A stretch of 64,000 nucleotides of DNA, from positions 14,818,001 to 14,882,000 of the forward strand of contig CM102286.1 in assembly GCA_046563655.1 (NCBI GenBank). Direction: 5' to 3'. Positions 10,724-23,068 of this stretch are shown piece after piece. The stretch comes from Yuukianura sp. NJ FZ-2021 (lineage: Eukaryota). Position 1 is the first letter of the stretch. Every line of letters begins with the position of its first letter. Position numbers and translations under genes: made by a program. The notes under the pieces were generated by a model. That model saw only the letters and a list, made by a program, of their open reading frames with translations. It was not told where the DNA came from and searched no databases.

Positions 10724-13700
10724 TCAAACACAGTTTTCAAAACTGTGGTGTTCAAGTTGTGTCGTTGCATTATTGGCGGCAGATTCAATTTCAAGATTTT
10801 TGAAAAAGCTTTTCAAGTAGGTGAACGAAGGTCTCCGTTTTGGTTCAAGCTCCCAACAGGCCATCATTTGAACATAACTGAAATCAAAACATGCAAACAT
10901 GACCTTTGACCTTTGACATGACCTTGACCTGCTTACATTGGATCTGATGCGTATTGTGGTTTAGACATGCGGAGTCCTTGGTAGAGTTGAGTGACGAATT
11001 CGTTGGTCCAGCCGAGTCCCGGAAATGGGACGCCACCTAGCGAGTAAATTTCCCAAAGTGTCACGCCGTACGCCCACACGTCAGAGTGAGTCGAAAACTC
11101 AAAATCACGCAGAGACTCCACAGCCATCCAACGCCACGGCAAGGGCGCCTGAATGCAAAAATATTTTTTTTTAAACTTCATTTCCGAGAAAGTAGAATAT
11201 ATTTTGAAAGATTCAAAAAAGTTACACTGTTTTTCTTGACATAAATTCCGGATTCGTACAAGTTCCTTGCCAGTCCAAAATCACTGATTTTAGCACTCAT
11301 TTCGTTGGTCATGAGCACATTTCTGGTAGCCAAATCTCCGTGAGTGATCTTTGATTTTAAAAGTTCAAAATTTGGGGAAAAAAATCTTGAAGAAAAAATT
11401 TTGAAACTTTTTTTTTGAAAACTGTGCTTACTTTTAATGACGCCAAATGTTCCATGCCATTAGCAATTTCAGAGGACCAACGAGCAAGATCATTAAAGTA
11501 GAACTCATTTTGTTTTCCCTCTAAAACTTGACGGTTTTTGTACCTTTTATAGAAACATTCCGTAAATTAAAACAAAAAACTTCCTTAAAAATTCAATACA
11601 CTTTGATTTTCAAAATTTAGGGTCTGGTGTACCTAGCATTCCAAACATTTTGTTCATATGTTGGCGTTTTCGTGCCATTCTCAGCTGTTTTGTCCTTGAC
11701 AAACGCCGTTCTGTTCTTTTTGAGAAAACCCTTCAGGTCACCGAGTTCGCACAGCTCCACAGCAATAAACAGCACTCCTAAAGGTCAAAAGGTCAAGCAA
11801 GGTCAAGGTAAAGGTCAATGACCTCTTGTGAAAAATTCGACTTACTTTGTTTGATTTCCCGCGTATAAGCTCCGACCAATCCCACAACGTTGTTGTGCGT
11901 TCCTACTCGCGTCATGATTTTCAATTCAGCCAAAAGTGCTTTGAAATTCTCAACGTCCGCACTAGATTTGAAAGTTTTTACCGCCACGGGATGCGAAATT
12001 TTTGAAAGTCTTTCCCCACGAAGCTCTTCAAAAGTTCCGCGGTACACAACTCCTGTTTGACCACTTCCCAGACTATTCTCCCAGTCTAAAATTCCAAAAT
12101 TCAAAATTTTAATTAAAGAATTTTAAAATTTCAATTTAAAATGTCAGCTTTCCTACCAATGATCAACTGTTCCTTTGGAATTTCGTATTTTGATGCATCC
12201 CATGCAAATTTTTGTGGTTGCGGTGCGTCTTCATTGTCTGGTCCATTTGCGTCAAGGTTCCTTGACAACCGAATTGTATTTCCTACCACAACAGGCGTTG
12301 GTTCTAGATTCGGTGGAGCGGCAGCCAATCCGTGTTCAAATTCTGTAACTTCTTCGTCTGTCAAATCTCTTAATTTTTTCTGTGCTAATTTCATCCTCTT
12401 CCAGAGAAAAATGGCAGCAGTTGCCACAACCAAGATGACAACAGCAGCAGTTCCAAGCAGAGCAATCACTACGTGCCAAAAAAAATTTCTGTCAATTTCT
12501 TTTTAGTTTTTGTTATTTTAGATTTTTGAATTCTGTTACGCAAGCTGGGGTCCGATTTTTTCGTGTCCGAATTTGTAGAGTCCGATGTTTTGGTGTCCGA
12601 TTTTGTGGAGTCCAATTTTTTGGTGTCCGATTTTGTGGAGTCCGATTTTGTGGAGTCCGATTTGTTGCAATCGATTTCGTCTTCGCCTTCTTCGCAATCG
12701 ATTACTCCGTCACACACTTTTGATGCGTTGATACATTTTCCATAAGCTCCGCATCCAAACTCATCTACTTTGCAGGAATTGAAACCATCACAAATAATCG
12801 GATCTTCGTCGGAAGAATCGGAACATTCCGGTTTCCGATTACAAATTACTCCATCTAGCGGAATACATTGGCCATTGTTGCAAGTAAAGTTATTCGGACC
12901 GCATCTTTTCAAAAAATAGAAACTCAGAGTAATCGAACCACTTTAAATTTAGGGTTGGATTGTAATCGATTACCTTTGATTATTTTCTATCCATCTGACG
13001 ATTTGAGGAGTCACATGACTAAAGAAGTAGAGAGCACGTGGAGTGCAAAGTCGGTTCTCAGGGTATAAAGTATTGACACGCCCAAGGTAGAAGTAGTGTG
13101 AATCGGATTTCAATTTTCCATAGAATCCAGCACTTGCTTCGACACAAGAAGTGTGGGAGTTATCTGTAAACCAAAAATAGGTTTTGGCGCCTTTTTTTTA
13201 ATTTCTTGGATAACTTACCACTGGAAACATTGGCACAGACTCGGTTAGTGAAAGGCGCGTGACCATTTTCGGGATCGGAAATCCACCATGCGTGGCATAT
13301 GTTTATAGTGTTAGGAGCCATGCGCAGAACAACTCCTTTGGCTTCGCTCATCTTCCAACCAGACAGAACTACGTCACCAGTGCCATCTCGGTTCCAATTT
13401 GTTAAGATTTTGTTGAGTTTTTGTGCAGGTGGGACGCAGACGGCATGCACCGTAGAGTCAAACTGAATTGGATCCTCGAGATGAATCAGAGCAAACTCGT
13501 CGAGGGAGATGTGCCATTCGTGGGTTTTGATGAGGCCGCTAAAACCCGGAAAAATCCGAACGTGTGTTATCTGAAAATGTAAAAAAACACTGTTAGAAAG
13601 CTAAATTTTGTCCAATTCCCGTAGTCCGGGGGGACTAGAGCGTATTTCTATCCTATGAACACTTTGGTCGTTCGCGTGTTCGAGTCCATGGGTCATCGAG

Positions 13701-14263
13701 TTTCTAAAACTAGATTTCAAAACGTACCGCCGAAACTTGCATGTATGTTGTCACGTCCCTAGTGAAAAGTGTCGTATTGGTACGAACACTGTAGTGAGAC
13801 GGTGCATACAATTTCAGTTTTTTGTTACCGCCCAACAGGAATTTATCAGCCCCTGGTCAATCATAATTTAACAAAAAAAAATTTTTTTACCAAAATTTTT
13901 TGATGTAAATTTTTTGAACCTGTTATGACCAATGTTGGTGACAGAATTACTGCGGGAATGCCTTGGCCTAGTAGACTGTCCGTCCTTACATAAACTACGG
14001 CCGTCCAAGGTAGCTTGATATGCTTATCCCAAGGGAGTTGGTTCATTTGTGGTGAAGGAGAGCCACAAGCTATTTCATCTACAAATTATTTCATCAACAT
14101 CGTATTCACTACACACAAATTTTGCCTAATTTATATCAGATATCAAACTGAACTTACTTGCATCTTCAGGTTGTTCCAAACAAGTTGATAAAACTATGAA
14201 CAATGTGCAAAAAGTTGCAAAGAAAATATAAAAACGGCGGCGCGAAAAAGTTTTTTGAAACAT
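10724..14263 (-). CDS. Receptor tyrosine kinase copy 1: signal peptide, trypsin-like pseudo-protease, 2x LDLa, Ser/Thr/Asp/Lys stalk, TM, PVR/VEGFR-class kinase; 13 coding exons
   Basis: All junctions splice in frame. Protease motifs [47 protein letters not shown]. LDLa [15 protein letters not shown] and [19 protein letters not shown]. Kinase [42 protein letters not shown]. Confidence 0.9.
12549..12663 (-). repeat. In-frame 15-bp coding tandem repeat (~8 units of [10 protein letters not shown]) in the stalk of RTK copy 1
   Basis: Repeated gtccgattttgtgga-like units. Copies 2 and 3 have only a single KSDS/QSDS. Confidence 0.85.
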
Positions 14264-14943
14264 GTTTAAAACATTAAATTTTTTGGAAAACCGGCACTGC
14301 CTGCGATGTCAACATTTAAAATGAGAAGTTAGGTCGCTCAACTAAAAATATGTTGGGGTTATAAATTATTTTTCATTTTGAGATTTTTTTTTGCTTTTAC
14401 CACTGAAATATCCTGCACGTCATTTAAATTCCTGCTAAAAACTCTATCATCAATTCAGTTTCCGCTTTTTAAATTCTTTTTTTAAACGAAAGTTGGTGCG
14501 CTACAAACAAAAAGTCATGTATTTTTAGTGTTGCTTAACACGTCATGTTAGAGGCTGTGGTTAGCAAGAAGTTTGAAAAAAAAATTATATTGGGAGCAAT
14601 AAGTTAATTTTTCAAACTAATTTGCGTCATCGCTTTCGTCCTCATCCTCTTGCTCGTTTTGTTTTTCTAAAAATAGTCGTTTTTTAACGTAATGTTTTAT
14701 TTCTACGAAATTCAAACTACATAATTAAAAAAAAATTTCTTCCTAGATTTTGACATCGTTTACTTGGTTTATACTTTTCGATTACTCCGATTTGTTTTAT
14801 TTCAAATTTCGTTTGCGCGTGTCCTCCATCTGTTATCAGAGATCTGAATAATTGTGAAATTTACACCAAGCATATTTAAGTGTTGATTTTGAAAATTTGT
14901 ATTTTTTTAAACCTTGTTCAAACACAGTTTTTAAAACGTGGTG

Positions 14944-17900
14944 TTAAAGTTGTGTCGTTGATTCAATGGCGGCTGACTCAATTTCAAGATTTTGAAAAAA
15001 GTTTTTCAAGTAGGTGAAGGAAGGTCTTCGTTTTGGTTCAAGTTCCCAACAGGCCATCATTTGAGCATAACTGAAAACAAAATACCTCAACATGACCTTT
15101 GACCTTTGACTTTTAACCTTGACCTTTGACCTTTAGCTTTGGCATGACCTTTGACCTGCTTACATTGCATTTGATGCATATTGTGGTTTTGCCATGCGGA
15201 GTCCTTGGTAGAGTTGAGTGACGAATTCGTTGGTCCAGCCGAGTCCAGGAAATGGGACGCCCCCTAGCGAGTAAATTTCCCAAAGTGTCACGCCGTACGC
15301 CCACACGTCAGAGTGAGTCGAAAACTCAAAATCACGCAGAGACTCCACAGCCATCCAACGCCACGGTAAGGGAGCCTTGTTTCAAAACCAAAAAATGAAA
15401 TTTCGAAACAAAAACCAATTTTGAATGTTGAATTTTGCAACAATTTGGTTACGCTGTTTTTCTTGACATAAATTCCGGATTCGTACAAGTTCCTTGCCAG
15501 TCCAAAATCACTGATTTTAGCACTCATTTCGTTTGTCATGAGCACATTTCTGGTAGCCAAATCTCCGTGAGTGATCTAGTGATTTTAAAATTTTCAACAG
15601 CTAAAAAAATCCAAATCTTAAAACTTTTTTTTTGAAAAGTTACTTTTAATGACGCCAAATGTTCCATGCCATTGGCAATTTCATAACACCAGCGAGCAAG
15701 ATCATTAAAATTGAACTCTGTTTGTTTTCCTTCTAAAACTTCTCGGTTTTTGTACCTTTCCAGAAAAAATCATTTCGCAATTAAAAAGAAAGCTTTCTTA
15801 ATATTTTTTACTTAATAATTAGTTCTGATTTTCATGGTTTTGAGTCCAGTCTACCTGTCATTCCAGACGTTCTGTTCATACGTTGTATTTTTCGCGCCGT
15901 TGTTGTCAGCCGATTTGGAATTCACAAATGCCGTTCTGTTCTTTTTGAGAAAACCCTCAAGGTCACCGAGTCCGCACAGCTCCACAGCAATAAACAGAAC
16001 TCCTAAAGGTCAAAAGGGCAAGGTCAATAACCTTGCTAGTCAAGGTCAATGACCTTTCTAGTGAAGTTCGACTTACTTTGCTTGATTTCCCGCGTATAAG
16101 CTCCGACCAACCCCACAACATTGTTGTGCGTCCCCACTCGTGTCATGATTTTCAATTCAGCCAAAAGTGCTTTGAAATTCTCAACGTCCGCACAAGATTT
16201 GAAAGTTTTTACCGCCACGGGATGCGAAATTTTTGAAAATGTTGTGCCACGATGCTCTTCAAAAGTTCCGCGATACACAACTCCTGTTTGACCACTTCCC
16301 AGACTATTCTCCCAATCTAAAATTCAAAATTTGTTTTAAAAAGAGTAAGAATTTGTTGAAAGTTGAAGTTGTGAATTACTCTACCAATGATCAATTGTTC
16401 TTTTGGAATTTCGTATTTTGATGCATCCCAAGCAAATTTTTCTGGTTTGAGAATTTCTTGATGTCCTGGTCCGTTTGCGTAATTATGTCCATGGAACAGG
16501 CGTTGCTGTTGATTCGCTGGAGCGGCAAGCAATCCGTGTTCAAATTCTGCAACTTCTTCGTCTGTCAAGTCTCTTAACTTTTTCTGTGCCAATCGCATCC
16601 TCTTCCAGAAAAAAATTGCAGCCATTACAACAATCAGGATAACAACAGCAGCAGTTCCAAGCAAAGCAACCACTACGCCGCCAAAAAAAATGATTTTTTT
16701 AAAAAAAAAAGTTGAGTTTTTCGTATTTTAGTTTTGTGGTTATATTGATTTTTCGTACGTAAACTGGAGTCCGATTGTTTGCAATCCATTTCATCTTCCC
16801 CTTCTTCGCAATCGATTACTTCGTCACATACTTTTGACACGTTGATACATCTTCCATAAGCTCCGCATCCAAACTCATCTATTTTGCAGTAGTTGAAACC
16901 ACGACAAAGAATCGGATCTTCGTCTGAAGAATCGGAACATTCCGATTTCCGATTACAAATTGCTCCATCTAGTGGAATACAGTCGCCATTGTTGCAAGTG
17001 AAGTTATTAGGACCGCATCTTTTCAAGAAGTCGAAAATCAAAGTAATCAAATCACTTCGTATTTAAACTTCAATTGTAATCGATTACTTTTGATTATCAT
17101 TGATCCATGTTAGGATTCGAGGAGTGACGTGACTAAAGAAGTAGCGAGCACGAGGAGTGCAAACTCGATTGTCACTGTAAAAATTGTTGACACGCCCAAG
17201 GTAGAAGTAGCGTTGATCAGATTTCAATTTCCCATAAAATCCAGCGCTTGCATGAACACAAGATGTATGTGAATTATCTGTAAACAAAAATTATGAGATT
17301 TCATGAAATTATGAAATGAAATTTTTTTTTGAAAAACTTACTGCTAGAGACAGACAGACAGACCGACAGACAAGGTCAATGCGTAATGTAGCTTTCGCTA
17401 CTTTTAATTACAAAATTGCGTGGCGCCTATTTTTTAATGTTTTGAAAAACTTACTGCTGGAGACATTTGCACAGACGCGGTGAGTGAAAGGGGCGTGGCT
17501 AGTTTCGTTTTCAGCAGTCCAAAATCCTTTGCAAGTCTGAATATTGTTAGGAGCCATGCGCAGAACAACTCCTTGAGCTTCGTTTCTCTTCCAACCGGAC
17601 AGAACTACATCTCCAGTGCCATTTTGGTTCCAATTGGCCAAGATATTGTTCAGCTCATGCGCAGTTGGAATGCACACGGCATGCACTTCAGTGTCAAAGT
17701 GAATCGGATTCTGGAGATGAACTAGAGCAAAGTCGTTAGCGGAAGTGGGCCATTCATCTGTATTGGACAAACCGCTAAAACCCGGGAAAATCCGAACGTG
17801 CGTTACCTAAAAAAGGTTAGGTTTTTTTCAAAATTTCAAATTTCAAAAATTTTGAAACTCACTGGTGAGACTTGCATGTGTATTGTAACGTCGCTGGTGA

Positions 17901-18398
17901 AAATTGTTGTATTGGTACGAACAGTATAGTGGGACGGTGCAAACAATTTCAGTTTTTTGTTACCATCAGAAAAGAATTTAGCAGCACCTATTTTGTTCAA
18001 CACGCTTTTCTCAATTTGGCCAAATTCTTTTGAACTAAAATTTGTTGAGGCAATTTTTTGAACCTGTTATGACCATCGTTGGTGACAGAACTACTGCGGC
18101 AATGCTTTGGTCTGTTTGACTTTCCGTCCTTAGATAAACTACGGCCGTCCACGGTATTTTGATATGCGTATCCCAAGAGTCTTGAAGCATTTGTGGTGTA
18201 GGAGAGCCACAGGATATTTCATCTGCAAATTATTTCATCAACATAGTATTTTCTACACAAAAATCTCAAAGTTATACCAGATTTTAAACCGAACTTACTT
18301 GCAACTTCTGGATGTTCCAAACCAGTTGATGAAACTAAGAACATGCAAAAATTTACCACCAAGCTATATAAACGGCGGGAACGGAATTTTTGAAACAT
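14944..18398 (-). CDS. Receptor tyrosine kinase copy 2 (same architecture)
   Basis: Colinear exons paralogous to copy 1. ATG 18398 (MFQKFRSRRLYSLVVNFCMFLV), stop at 14944, kinase motifs intact. Confidence 0.88.
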
Positions 18399-19006
18399 TT
18401 TTAAAATATGGAACTTTTTAGAAAACTTGTAGTTCCTGCAATCTCAACATTTGAAATGAAAATCAAACAAACCTGCTGGTGTTGCAAATTATTTTTCATT
18501 TTGTGATTTTTTTTTTGCTTTACCACTGAAATATCCTGCAGGCCATTCATTTAAATTTTCCTGCTAAAAAAATCCATTGTCAATTGAGTTTCTTTTGTAA
18601 CTTTTTGTAACAAAAGCTCATATGGTAGACGTCAAAGTAATTTTTTGTGCTCCTTAACGCGTCATGTTTACAGGTTGTGGTTAGCCAAAATTTCGAAAAA
18701 AAAAAAAAAAAATCGGACTCGGGAGCATTAAACTAATTCTTTCAAACTAATTTGCGTCACAGTTTCCGTTCTCACGTTCGTTCCTTAATTTTTAAAAAAA
18801 ATTGAGTCGTATTTCAGATATTATTTTTATTTCTACGTGTTTCAAGTCACCAAATAACACAGTAAGTTTTTTTTTTTCAAATTTTGAAGTATACTTGGGT
18901 TATATTTTTCATTACTCGATTGAAATTTACAAAAGCATCTTTCCCAGTCTAGAAAATTGAAAAGTTGAATAAAAATTTTGTTCAGACACAGGCGTTAACT
19001 GTGGCG

Positions 19007-22000
19007 TTAAAGCTGTGTCGTTATTCCATTGGCGGCGGATTCAATTTCAAGGGTTTGGAAAAAGTTTTTCAAGTAAGTGAAGGTTGGTCGGCGTTTTGGT
19101 TCAAGCTCCCAACAGGAAATCATTTGAGCATAACTGAAAACAAAATACCTCAGCATGACCTTTGACCTTTGACTTTTAATCTTGACCTTTGGCATGACCT
19201 TTGACCTGCTTACATTGCATTTGATGCATATTGTGGTTTTGCCATGCGGAGTCCTTGGTAGAGTTGAGTGACGAATTCGTTGGTCCAGCCGAGTCCAGGA
19301 AATGGGACGCCCCCTAGCGAGTAAATTTCCCAAAGTGTCACGCCGTACGCCCACACGTCAGAGTGAGTCGAAAACTCAAAATCACGCAGAGACTCCACAG
19401 CCATCCAACGCCATGGTAAGGGCGCCTATACTCAAAAATATTTTTAAAAAAGTTTGAATTCCAAAAAAAAGAAGCTGAATTTTGAAAGATTCCAAAAAGT
19501 TACGCTGTGTTTCTTGACATAAATTCCAGATTCGTACAAGTTCCTTGCAAGTCCAAAATCACTGATTTTAGCACTCATTTCGTTTGTCATGAGCACATTT
19601 CTGGTAGCCAAATCTCCGTGAGTGATCTAGTGGTTTTCAGCAGTTAAAAAATCCAAATTTTAAAACTTTTTTTTTGAAAAGTTACCTTTAATGACGCCAA
19701 ATGTTCCATGCCATTGGCAATTTCGTAGGACCAACGAGCAAGATCAGTAAAATTGAACTCATTTTGTTTTCCCTCTAAAACTTCACGGTTTTTGTATCTA
19801 TTCAAAAAAAAGAAGCAAAAATTGTTTTTTGAAAATTTTTAAATTTTTTATCAAAATTTTAGGGCTTGCGGTAGTACCTGTCGATCCAGACATTTTGCTC
19901 ATAAGTTCTTGTTTTCCCGTCGTCAGCCGTTTTGGCATTTTCAAACGCCGTTCGGTTCTTTTTAAGAAACCCCTCAAGGTCACCGAGTCCACACAGCTCC
20001 ACAGCAATAAACAGCACTCCTAAAGGTCAAAGGTCAAAGGTCAAAGGTCAATGAACTATTAGGTCAAATTCGACCTACTTTGTTTGATTTCCCTTGTATA
20101 AGCTCCGACCAACCCCACAACGTTGTTATGCGTCCCCACTCGTGTCATGATTTTCAGTTCAGCCAAAAGTGCTTTGAAATTCTCAACGTCCGCACAAGAT
20201 TTGAAAGTTTTTACCGCCACGGGATGCGAAATTTTTGAATATCTTGAGCCGCGACGCTCTTCAAAATTCCCGCGATACACAACTCCAGTCTGTCCACTTC
20301 CTAAGCTGTTTTCCCAATCTAAAATTGAAAAGTCGAAAACTCAACATTTTAAAATTTAGAAGTTAATTTTCAATTCCTCCACCAATGATCAAATGCTCCT
20401 TTGGAATTTCGTATTTTATTGCATCCCAAGCAAATTTCTCTGGTTGGAGATGAGTTTCCTCTTTTCCTGGTCCGTTAGCGTAATTGTGTCCATGGAAAAG
20501 GCGTTGCTGTTGATTCGCTGGAGCGGCAAGCAATCCGTGTTCAAATTCTGCAACTTCTTCATCTGTCAAATCTCTTAATTTTTTCTGTGCCAATTTCATT
20601 CTCTTCCAGAAAAAAATTGCAGCAATTGCGACAACAAAGATCACGACAGCAGCAGTTCCAAGCAGACCAATCACTACAGAAAAAAATGAAATTTTGAAGG
20701 ATGTTTTTTTTTTGAGTTTTTGCTGTTTTAGAAATGTCGAATTCTCTTACTCAAACTGGAATCCGATTTTTTGCAATCGATTTCATCTTCCCCCTCCTCG
20801 CAATCGATTTCTCCGTCACACACTTTTGATACATTGATACATTTTCCATAAGCTCCACATCCAAACTCATCTAGTTTGCAGTAGTTGAAACCACGACAAA
20901 TATTCGGATCTTCGTCGGAGGAATCGGAACATTCCGATTTCCGATTACAAATTGCTCCATCTAGCGGAATGCAGTCGCCATTGTTGCAAGTGAAGTTGTT
21001 TGGACCGCATCTTTTCAAAGAATCAAAGTAATCACTCTAAATTTAATTTTGGATTGTAATCGATTGTTTTTGCATTATAATCGATTACTCTTGATTATTT
21101 TGGATCCATGTCAAGAGTTGAGGAGTCATGGTACTCAAGTAGTAGCGAGCACGGGGAGTGCACATTCTCTTGTCACTGTAAAAATTGTTGACACGCCCAA
21201 GGTAGAAGTAGCGTTCATTGGATTTCGATTTACCAAAAAATCCAGTGCTTGAATGGATACAAGATGTGTGTGAGTTATCTGTAAACCAATTATAAAGTTT
21301 TACAAAATTATAAAATGGAAATTTTTACTTTTTTTTTTTTAGAAAAATTTACTACTGGAGACAGACAGACCAGACCGACAGACAGGCCAACAAGGTGAAT
21401 GCATAAAGTAGCTTTCGGTACTTAATTACAAAATTGTGGCGCCATTTTTTGAATCTTTTGAAAAACTTACTGCTGGAGACATTGGCACAGACGCGATCAG
21501 TGAAAGGGGCGTCGTTAGTTTCATTTTCCGCATTCCAGAACTGCTTACATGTCTTGAGAGTGTTTGGAGCCATGCGCAGTACAACTTCCTGGGCTTCGTT
21601 CCTCTTCCAACCGGACAGCACTACGTCACCAGTGCCATTTTGGTTCCAATTGGTCAAAATTTTGTCCAGTTCATGCGCAGTTGGAACGCACACGGCATGA
21701 ACGGTAGAGTCAAAGTCAATTGGATCCTGGAGATGGACCAGAGCAAACTCGTCAATGGAGGTAGACCAATCGTGTGTTTTGAACAGACCGCTAAAACCCG
21801 GGAAAATCCGAACGTGTGTGACCTAAAAGTTTTTTCATAAAAAAAAAGTAAATTTTGTGCAAGGGCAATTTTGTAAAAACTACATTTTTAAACTTACCCG
21901 GGAAACTTGCATGTCTGTTGTAATGTCGCTAGTGAAAAGTGTCGTGTTGGTACGAACAGTGTAGTGCGACGGGGCAAACAATTGCAGTTTTTTGTTACCA

Positions 22001-22451
22001 GTAGACAAAAATTTATCAGCGCCTAATTTGATCAACATAAATTTGACCAAAACTAAAATTTGTTGAGGAAAATCATTTTGAACTAAAATTTGTTGAGTTA
22101 AATTTTTTTGAACCTGTTATGACCAAATTCGGTGACAGAATAACTGCTGCAATGCTGATGTCTGGTTGGCTATCAGTCGTTAAATAAATTACAGCCGTCC
22201 ACGGTATCTTAATATGCGAATCCCAAGGGTCTTGCAGCATTTGTGGTGTAGGAGAGCCACAGGCTGTTTCATCAACAAATTATTTCATCAACAAGGCATT
22301 CACTACACAAACATTTTCTCAAATTATTTTATATTAAGCCCAACTTACTTCCATCTTCTGCTCGTTCGAAACCAGTTGCTGAAACTATGAACAATGTGCA
22401 AAAAGTTGCAGCGAAAATATAAAAACGGCGATGGGAACGAAATTGAAACAT
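19007..22451 (-). CDS. Receptor tyrosine kinase copy 3 (same architecture)
   Basis: Colinear exons. ATG 22451 ([23 protein letters not shown]), stop 19007. The exon-2 acceptor appears shifted 9 nt but stays in frame. Confidence 0.85.
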
Positions 22452-23068
22452 TTTAAAAATGTTTTAAGTGATATATTTAAAACATGCCAATTTTTAGAAA
22501 ATCTGGACCTCCTGCAATGTCAACATTTGAAATGACAAGTGAGGATTCTCAACTAAAAATCTGTTGGGGTTACAAATTACTTGCATTCTGAGATTTTTTT
22601 TCACTTTTACCACTGAAATCCTGCATTTATTTAAGTTTTCCTGCTAAAAAAAGGTATTGTCAATCCAGTTTCCGCAAATTTGTTTAACAAAAGCTCATAT
22701 GGTACATGCCAGTCAACAACTCATTTATTTTTAGTGCTTGTAACTTCATGTTTACAGGTTGTGGTTAGCCAAAATTTAAAAAAAAAATTTCAGACTCGGA
22801 GCAACGAACTGATTTTTTTAAAAAAATTCCAAACTAATTTCCGTCATCGTTTCCGTTCTCATGCTGGTTTCTTCATTTTTTTAAAATAGTCTTGCTTGAC
22901 ATAACATTTTTTTTCTACGAAATTCACCAATTTAAAAAAAAAACTCAATACCTTTTTTTAATTCTGGAATAGTTTGCTTATTTTCCTTTTTTCGATTCTT
23001 CCGATTTTTTTAATTCTGATTTGCGATTACTGCAAGTTCTACGCGGGAAATTACTGTACTTTCTAAGT

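Larger units (their letters stand above)
10690..23010. repeat. Tandem segmental triplication, ~4.1-4.2 kb unit (RTK gene plus ~500 bp upstream)
   Basis: Non-coding blocks also recur three times: ttttaccactgaaat (~14395, ~18520, ~22605), tgtggttagc, and aaactaattt(g/c)cgtca. Confidence 0.9.

Noticed and set aside
11320..11350. HGD instead of HRD as evidence for a pseudokinase or a specially evolved non-RD immune kinase
   Set aside because: HGD is the normal state in arthropod Pvr-type kinases, and the catalytic Asp, Lys, Glu and DFG are intact.
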